Below are positions 7,506 to 12,953 of a stretch of DNA of 12,953 bases, in pieces. How positions within the stretch are numbered: the first letter of the stretch is position 1; every line of letters starts with the position of its first letter. The translations under genes were made by a program, and so were the position numbers. The DNA comes from an uncultured bacterium (GTDB taxonomy: Bacteria > Hinthialibacterota > Hinthialibacteria > Hinthialibacterales > Hinthialibacteraceae), in contig CAZSIZ010000052.1 in NCBI GenBank assembly GCA_964606645.1, positions 550-13,502 of the forward strand, in the 5' to 3' direction. The notes under the pieces were generated by a model. The model was not told the origin of the DNA. It ran no database searches and saw only the letters and a program-made list of their open reading frames with translations.

Positions 7506-7528
7506 TGAAGCGGGATCGAGTCTTCGCG

Positions 7529-9424
7529 TCAGTCTTTCGGTGGACGGGGTGAGAAACGAACGCCTTTTAACAGCGATCCATTTCGGTCCGTGACACGGAA
7601 GTAGAATCCCCAATCCAATTCTTCATTGCACACTTTCAACCGAATCGGCGTGGTTCCTTTTTTCAAGGTGACATCGACGATCCAGTTGTCGAGCATGGCG
7701 CGGCTGTCGGGGGGCTTGACGAACGCAAGCTGGTCACCGATCCACATTTTCATGGCATCGTTCACCCCCACGCGAATTTGCGCGGGCGTTTCGCGTTCGA
7801 CCGTGAGATAACCCAGCGCGTAAGCGCAGACATATTGATCCTTTTCATAATAGGCTCTCAGATCGACCGATCCGGAAGGATCGTTGCACGTCCACACCTT
7901 CCACGAAACCGGGCCATCCACCCCTCGATACGTTTTCGACAAGTCGATTTCGCGCTCCAGCGGATAAACGGTATCGAAACCGTTTCCTTCCGCATTGTCG
8001 AACGAGCCGATGAAGTTCCATGTGGTTTGAGTGCCGAACATTGAGCGGACATCCGGATCGGGGCCGCCCGCCCAGAGGTTTTCCTGAAGCCGTTCGATCG
8101 TTTCGTTCAGCGTGAGATGTGAAGGGGTGTTCCGATCGTCCGACCGGCTCTGGAGCATGTCGAAACGAAGGCCGGGAGCGTAAAGATGCGTGTGCCCCGC
8201 CAAGCCGATCGCCTGGCTGATATCGCTCGTGTCGGCATCACGCACCCGAAGCGCGGTATCGAGCAATTTCCTGTCATCGGGCAGTAAACGTTCCCTCATC
8301 ACTTGATGGTACTCGTCGAGATTGGGGACGTAAGCGATTTTATACCGGTCGCTGCCGGGTTGTTTTCCGAGTTCCGCGTTGAGTTCCGGGAGATAATCCA
8401 CTGCGTGTGGGTAGATCCATATATATCGTTTTCCTGCGGCGAGCAGTCCGGCGTATTGAGAGCGGAACTCGCTGGGAGTGAGTTGCGCCGCTTGCAGTTC
8501 GGGGGATTGGGAAGGCACTTCTTTTCCCACCGGCCACCCCGCCGGTCCCACCGTGCAACGTTGTTTCCAATACCGCCAGGCACGTGGGGACACGAGCCGT
8601 TCGATCTGCCGATGCAGAGCCTGCACGTGCAGAAGGATTCCCTTTGGATTCGGGCGGAGATAGGTCCACTCGGTGAAGAGATGCACCCCGCCGGGCAGGT
8701 CACGCGCCGCCGCCTCTTCGATCCAGGCCGTGAGAATATCGACGATAATCGGACTCTCCCCGCCGGGAAACGTAATCAATTCCATATCGGGAAACGCATC
8801 GAACATCGCGTTTGCCGAACGCCGCATTCGTTCGCGAATCTTCGCTACCAATTCCTTTCGTGTGTAGCCGTTATACGAATACCCTTCCCAGTTGAAATCA
8901 TACTGTTCGTGGACGTATTCGGTATCGATCGCCACACCCTTGAAGCCCGCCAGCCGGGCGAAATGAGCCGTTTGCCGAAGCCGGTTCGTGTAGATTTCCC
9001 ACCCCGCATCGTTGAACCAATCGGGAAGTTGTTTGTAGTAAGCGACCTTGATGAAATTACTCTCCAGACCCTCCCGGCGGCAGACTTGATTGACACGTCG
9101 CCACGTTTGAAGTAATTCATCCTGTTCGCCGATGGTGTTCGCTTTCCCGTCCCGCGCCCAAATATCACTCGACCAATCGCTTTGGATCCCGCCGACGAGA
9201 ATACCGTGAAATCCGATTCGGGCGTAAACAGCGGCATTTTTTTCCAGAACGTCGGGGGCGATGGTCCAGAAAAGCAGCGTTTTGGGCAAGGGAATCTCTT
9301 TCGCCGCGCGATACGAACCGCACCAGGGAATCCTTGCCGCCTCTTCTTTCTCCTCGATGACAATGGGATCGTTCGCCGACGATACGATCAGCAGAGAAGT
9401 GAGATAAATAAGAATGGATGACAT
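7529..9424 (-). CDS. Secreted putative glycoside-hydrolase-like TIM-barrel protein with C-terminal PA14-like beta-sandwich domain (631 aa)
   Basis: The start MSSILIYLTSLLIVSSA (signal peptide) is preferred over the upstream M at 9445 because GGGAGG lies 7 nt before it. The GFKGVAIDTEY motif resembles the catalytic strand of GH-like (GHL/DUF4015-type) TIM barrels. The C-terminus ...YALGYLTVERETPAQIRVGVNDAMKMWIGDQLAF fits the PA14 pattern. Confidence 0.55.
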   Translation of the reverse strand: MSSILIYLTSLLIVSSANDPIVIEEKEEAARIPWCGSYRAAKEIPLPKTLLFWTIAPDVLEKNAAVYARIGFHGILVGGIQSDWSSDIWARDGKANTIGEQDELLQTWRRVNQVCRREGLESNFIKVAYYKQLPDWFNDAGWEIYTNRLRQTAHFARLAGFKGVAIDTEYVHEQYDFNWEGYSYNGYTRKELVAKIRERMRRSANAMFDAFPDMELITFPGGESPIIVDILTAWIEEAAARDLPGGVHLFTEWTYLRPNPKGILLHVQALHRQIERLVSPRAWRYWKQRCTVGPAGWPVGKEVPSQSPELQAAQLTPSEFRSQYAGLLAAGKRYIWIYPHAVDYLPELNAELGKQPGSDRYKIAYVPNLDEYHQVMRERLLPDDRKLLDTALRVRDADTSDISQAIGLAGHTHLYAPGLRFDMLQSRSDDRNTPSHLTLNETIERLQENLWAGGPDPDVRSMFGTQTTWNFIGSFDNAEGNGFDTVYPLEREIDLSKTYRGVDGPVSWKVWTCNDPSGSVDLRAYYEKDQYVCAYALGYLTVERETPAQIRVGVNDAMKMWIGDQLAFVKPPDSRAMLDNWIVDVTLKKGTTPIRLKVCNEELDWGFYFRVTDRNGSLLKGVRFSPRPPKD

Positions 9425-9616
9425 ATCGATTTCCTCCCGATTCAAGGAAATTCACTAACACAATTCATAGCCCATCATGGACCACTTCTTGGAATAAATG
9501 AAGCCAGGTCGATCTGGATCGGCCATTAAAATTCACGGTGCTGAATACATCCTTGTCTCTGAAAAATGCCTATGGTAAGGTGTGGAATAATATATGTTAG
9601 GAAAGGAATCGTTGCG

Positions 9617-10210
9617 ATGCTCTCAAAAATCATCCGTCAGACTCACATGTATTTAGCCCTGTTTTTTATGCCCTGGATGCTGATCTACGCGCTCAGCACA
9701 ATGGGCATGAACCACCGCCAGTTCGTTGCTTCATTTTACAAAGAAAAACAACCTCAATTTACGGAAGAACGAAAAGTGGTTTATGAAAAAACATTCCCGG
9801 ACGATATGACGCTGGAAGCGATTGGCAAACAGATTCTTCAAGACGTGAATCTGGACGGAACCCACAACATCCGGGGTGAAAAAGGGAAAACACTGACCAT
9901 CACCCGCCTCGATCCTATCACCCTGAGACGGATCACCTACCATCCCGATGAGGGAACGGTTCTCGTCGAACGGCAGGAATATCAAACCAGATCGTTTTTA
10001 GGACGACTGCATCGGCGGCGTGGTTATAGTCACCCCTATCTGCTGGAGGACACATGGGGATTGACGGTCGAACTGGTGCTCCTGGCGATGATCTTCTGGG
10101 TCTTTTCCGGTATCTGGATGTGGTGGGAGATGAAATCGCTTCGCAAATGGGGTGTCATCAGTCTGGTATCCGGTTTCGGTCTATTTGCCGTGTTTCTCAT
10201 CTTTATTTAG
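9617..10210 (+). CDS. PepSY-associated TM helix protein (TM-PepSY-like periplasmic domain-TM), paralog 1 (197 aa)
   Basis: Start MLSKIIRQTHMYL at 9617 with AAGGAA upstream. The ORF-track start at 9566 lacks an RBS. N-terminal TM helix with a conserved His. C-terminal LH..RG...WG..VELVLLAMIFWVFSGIWMWW helix, typical of PepSY_TM. Confidence 0.65.
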   Translation: MLSKIIRQTHMYLALFFMPWMLIYALSTMGMNHRQFVASFYKEKQPQFTEERKVVYEKTFPDDMTLEAIGKQILQDVNLDGTHNIRGEKGKTLTITRLDPITLRRITYHPDEGTVLVERQEYQTRSFLGRLHRRRGYSHPYLLEDTWGLTVELVLLAMIFWVFSGIWMWWEMKSLRKWGVISLVSGFGLFAVFLIFI

Positions 10211-10222
10211 GAGGGTGATAAA

Positions 10223-10810
10223 ATGCTTAAATTCGATCTGATCAATCGCCGTACTCACTTATATTTAGGTTTCGTTCTACTCCCCTGGTTTTTTGTTTAT
10301 GGATTCAGTTCGCTGATGATCTGTCATATTTCCTGGTTTCAAAGCGGCCCTCCCGAATGGACGGTTCTTTTCGATAAGGAATACGAGAACCCGATTAAGG
10401 ACGGTGAAGATATCCGCGAAACGGGCAAACGGATTTTAGAAGAACACGGCTTCAGAGGAGCCTTCTGGGCGAGCCGTCCAAACAAGAACCGAATTAATAT
10501 GTCCCAGTTCAGTTTCTGGAGGGTCAACCGCTTGACCTATTTCGTCGATGAAAAACGCCTACTTGGAGAGCGCAAGTTCAATACGTGGGATCAAACCATT
10601 CTGGGTTTGCACTTCCGCGGCGGATTCATCCAACCGACGTTTCTCGACTATCTCTGGGGAATCATCGTCGACCTTGTATGTATCGCCATGATCTTATGGA
10701 TGGTGTCGGGAATCATCATGTGGTGGAAAATCCGAAATACCCGCCTCTGGGGGTCCATCGCGATCGCCGGTGGTTTTATCAGTTTTATTTTTTTCATGTT
10801 GGCTCTGTAA
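10223..10810 (+). CDS. PepSY-associated TM helix protein, paralog 2 (195 aa)
   Basis: GGAGGG lies 7 nt upstream of the ATG. Architecture and motifs match paralog 1 (RRTHLYLGFVLLPW...; GLHFRGG...WGIIVDLVCIAMILWMVSGIIMWW). Confidence 0.7.
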   Translation: MLKFDLINRRTHLYLGFVLLPWFFVYGFSSLMICHISWFQSGPPEWTVLFDKEYENPIKDGEDIRETGKRILEEHGFRGAFWASRPNKNRINMSQFSFWRVNRLTYFVDEKRLLGERKFNTWDQTILGLHFRGGFIQPTFLDYLWGIIVDLVCIAMILWMVSGIIMWWKIRNTRLWGSIAIAGGFISFIFFMLAL

Positions 10811-10876
10811 TACAGAAATCGTCTAAAACGAACACTCGATCGGCAGAACCGAAATCGATCGAAATGAATAACAACA

Positions 10877-12877
10877 CTAGTAGAGTGACTGAACCTGCTG
10901 ACTCATAAGTGTGTTATTGTAGGGATCGGTGGCCACGTTCCAGCGCTGGTTTTGTACTCCCTGAAGCGTATTCAGGCGATCGAAATTATTCCCCAGGGCA
11001 TCGAATTCAAACTGATACCGTTCAACCGCTCCGCCGCGTTTCTTGACGGCTTTCCCTTTGGATACCTCTTGTTTGCCCAGCGATAGAGTGCCTTTGTAGA
11101 ATCCGTATTGATCCCCGGCCTGGGCGAGAACCGTCGCTGCTCCTTCGATGCCGGTGGCGGTGAAGATACCGCGCAGATCGGTTTCGCCGGAGATGAAACG
11201 CCCGTTACGGCTGCCTCGAACCTGTACATCGACGTCTTTCACTAGCTTGTCCTTCACGCTGGATCGGACGTTCACCCGCACCAGACCCAACGGCGCGTCT
11301 TCCTGAACCTCCAGTTTCAGATCACTGCGAAGCACCATTCCCGATGCCAGCAATCCGTTGCCGCTGACGACGACGAGGTACGCGCCCGGTTCCTTAAAGG
11401 GAAGATCGATCTTCCTCTCGTTCCACTCAAACCGTTTCGCCTTTTTCAGATCCAAGGTTTGATGCACTTCGGGATCGATTCCCGCAAGGTCGATACGGGT
11501 CATACGGTCCAGATTCCGCTCGGAGAGGTAGAAGCGCATTAAATCCACTTGGTACACGCGCAGTTCGGCCCGATCCAGGTTCTTGTGCCGAAGCACGATC
11601 GATGCCGATTCACCCTCTTTGAAAATAGAGACCTCTTCGACGGTCAACCCCTTTTCAGTGAGGAATTCGATGGACTTAACGGCGTCGCCGAAGGACTGTT
11701 TCACCTCTTCGTATTTTTTCAGCGCGTCGTCCATCTTCCCGGCGGCGTGGAGAATCTTTCCGGACATCAGAATAGCGCTGGTGGCTTCTTCGCTCTTTTT
11801 CCGCCCGCCTCCCGGCGCGGGGTATTCCTCGTCCGACACCTTCCCCGCGACCGTCAGCGCTTCATCGTACCGCTCCAGTTGGAAAAGCGAGTAGGCGTTC
11901 AGGTAATCGTAACTGTCCAGATACGTACTCTTCGGGTAACGCCCGGAGAAGCGCTGAGTCAATCGAGAGACGGTGGGATAATTCTTCTGATCCAGCCAGA
12001 GGTTGATGAGGGTATAGCCCGCCTCATCCGCCAGGGGATGGTTGGGGTAGAGCGCCAGGAACGATTCGATCATCCCCACGGCTTCGGCCAGCAGCGCCAT
12101 CTTGTCGTTGCCCGCTTCGATGAATTCCGGCTGACGCGCCCAGCCGTTTACGTTCTGATAGATCATGGAACCGGTGGTGTAGACCGCATTCTGAACGGAG
12201 GGGATATCGGGATATTCCAGGATCAGTTGTTTCATGTAATCCAGCGATTCACGATGCCGCCGCACTTCCTGAAGCGTCCCGCTGACCGCCCCCTCTTGCA
12301 GGAACAGACCATCGAACAACGAGCGGTAGACGTAGACCGCCCGTTCGTGTTCGCCGATGCTGCGGTAGGCCTGCGCCAGTTTTCTGATCTGCTCGAATTC
12401 GATTTCCAATTCCCGGTCGCGTTCCTTGATAATCTCGAAATAGCGAACCAGTTCCTCCGAGTTGTCTCCTTGCAGATGAATGTTGAAGAGCGTTTTGGCG
12501 GTTTCCAGATAATACTTTGGACGCAGGGAGACCGTGTTGAACAACTCCGTCAGATAATTCCTGGCTTGCTCGGAATCCCCGTTCTGGAAATGGCGAATTC
12601 CCAAGTGATACAGTTCATCCGGTGTTGGCTTGTATTCGGTTTGTGGTTTATCGCCTTCCGGGAGGATCGTAATGGCATTCGATTTTGTCGCATAAATCCG
12701 TTCGGGAGTTTCTGCGATCGTCACGACCGTCGGGGGTACGCGGTAGGTTCCGGGAAAACGCGCCATCAGTTGATAACGAACGGTGTAACTTTGCCGTGGT
12801 CCCCGAAGATAGAATGTCAGAGTGTTTTCTTTCAGCACGTAATGATCCACTGGACCTGTGATTGAGTTTTCAAGCAA
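10877..12877 (-). CDS. TPR-repeat protein with C-terminal beta-sandwich (carboxypeptidase-regulatory-like/Ig-like) region; N-terminus uncertain (TTG start at 12877, in-frame stop at 12941-12943)
   Basis: The ORF is 666 codons long. The middle has multiple TPR-like helical repeats (LGIRHFQNGDSEQARNYL..., AQAYRSIGEHERAVYVYRSLF...). C-terminal beta-rich segments (DVDVQVRGSRNGRFISGETDLRGIFTATGI). There is no signal peptide or RBS at the annotated TTG. Confidence 0.6.
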   Translation of the reverse strand: MLENSITGPVDHYVLKENTLTFYLRGPRQSYTVRYQLMARFPGTYRVPPTVVTIAETPERIYATKSNAITILPEGDKPQTEYKPTPDELYHLGIRHFQNGDSEQARNYLTELFNTVSLRPKYYLETAKTLFNIHLQGDNSEELVRYFEIIKERDRELEIEFEQIRKLAQAYRSIGEHERAVYVYRSLFDGLFLQEGAVSGTLQEVRRHRESLDYMKQLILEYPDIPSVQNAVYTTGSMIYQNVNGWARQPEFIEAGNDKMALLAEAVGMIESFLALYPNHPLADEAGYTLINLWLDQKNYPTVSRLTQRFSGRYPKSTYLDSYDYLNAYSLFQLERYDEALTVAGKVSDEEYPAPGGGRKKSEEATSAILMSGKILHAAGKMDDALKKYEEVKQSFGDAVKSIEFLTEKGLTVEEVSIFKEGESASIVLRHKNLDRAELRVYQVDLMRFYLSERNLDRMTRIDLAGIDPEVHQTLDLKKAKRFEWNERKIDLPFKEPGAYLVVVSGNGLLASGMVLRSDLKLEVQEDAPLGLVRVNVRSSVKDKLVKDVDVQVRGSRNGRFISGETDLRGIFTATGIEGAATVLAQAGDQYGFYKGTLSLGKQEVSKGKAVKKRGGAVERYQFEFDALGNNFDRLNTLQGVQNQRWNVATDPYNNTLMSQQVQSLY

Positions 12878-12953
12878 TAGAAATCCGGCGGGAATGCGGT
12901 CCTCGGCAATGAGATATCCGCTTCTTTTATCAAAAAGACATTAGTGGTTTTAG

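Noticed and set aside
10834-10866. Possible hairpin (TCGATCG-13nt-CGATCGA) between convergent PepSY-2 and TPR genes as a bidirectional terminator
   Set aside because: The stem is 7 bp with a long loop and has no U-tract on either strand. This is too weak to call.
11549-12865. 438-aa ORF on + strand
   Set aside because: It lies entirely antisense to the TPR-protein gene. The translation is low-complexity and rich in Arg, Gly and Val, with no motifs and no RBS. This is a typical stop-poor antisense frame of a GC-rich gene.
1-12953. Scanned for CRISPR repeats, tRNA-like TPsiC arms (GGTTCGAATCC-type), IS inverted repeats and integrase or transposase motifs
   Set aside because: None found. There are no direct repeats spaced by 28-40 nt, no tRNA-like sequences, and no recombinase-like ORFs.

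Overview
The window reads as a carbohydrate-degradation and cell-envelope region from a bacterium of the Planctomycetes-Verrucomicrobia-Chlamydiae (PVC) group, about 55% GC. The PVC assignment is an inference from the gene content. Left to right it holds the following genes. (1) The 3' end of a MalK/UgpC-type sugar ABC-transporter ATPase. (2) A strong sigma70-like promoter with an A/T-palindromic UP-like element and a palindromic operator. It drives a translationally coupled pair made of a short YtrA-subfamily GntR regulator and an SPFH/stomatin-like protein whose N-terminus is unusual in having four transmembrane helices. (3) A compositionally aberrant small gene for a protein with two transmembrane helices (about 34% GC). 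(4) A cluster with two paralogous GspG-like pseudopilin genes bracketing a roughly 1000-aa secreted GH106-like (alpha-L-rhamnosidase family) hydrolase. The pseudopilin N-termini are nearly identical at DNA level. This is followed by a convergent secreted TIM-barrel glycoside-hydrolase-like protein carrying a C-terminal PA14-like domain. (5) A tandem pair of paralogous TM-PepSY-TM membrane proteins. (6) A large TPR-repeat protein on the minus strand whose N-terminus looks truncated at the window edge. I found no tRNA or rRNA genes, no CRISPR array and no transposase or integrase gene. The most interesting candidates are the GntR(YtrA)-SPFH envelope module with its elaborate promoter and operator, the pseudopilin genes paired with hydrolases, the AT-rich gene for a small membrane protein, and the split PepSY-TM pair. 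All product calls rest on motif recognition by eye and need a database search to confirm.
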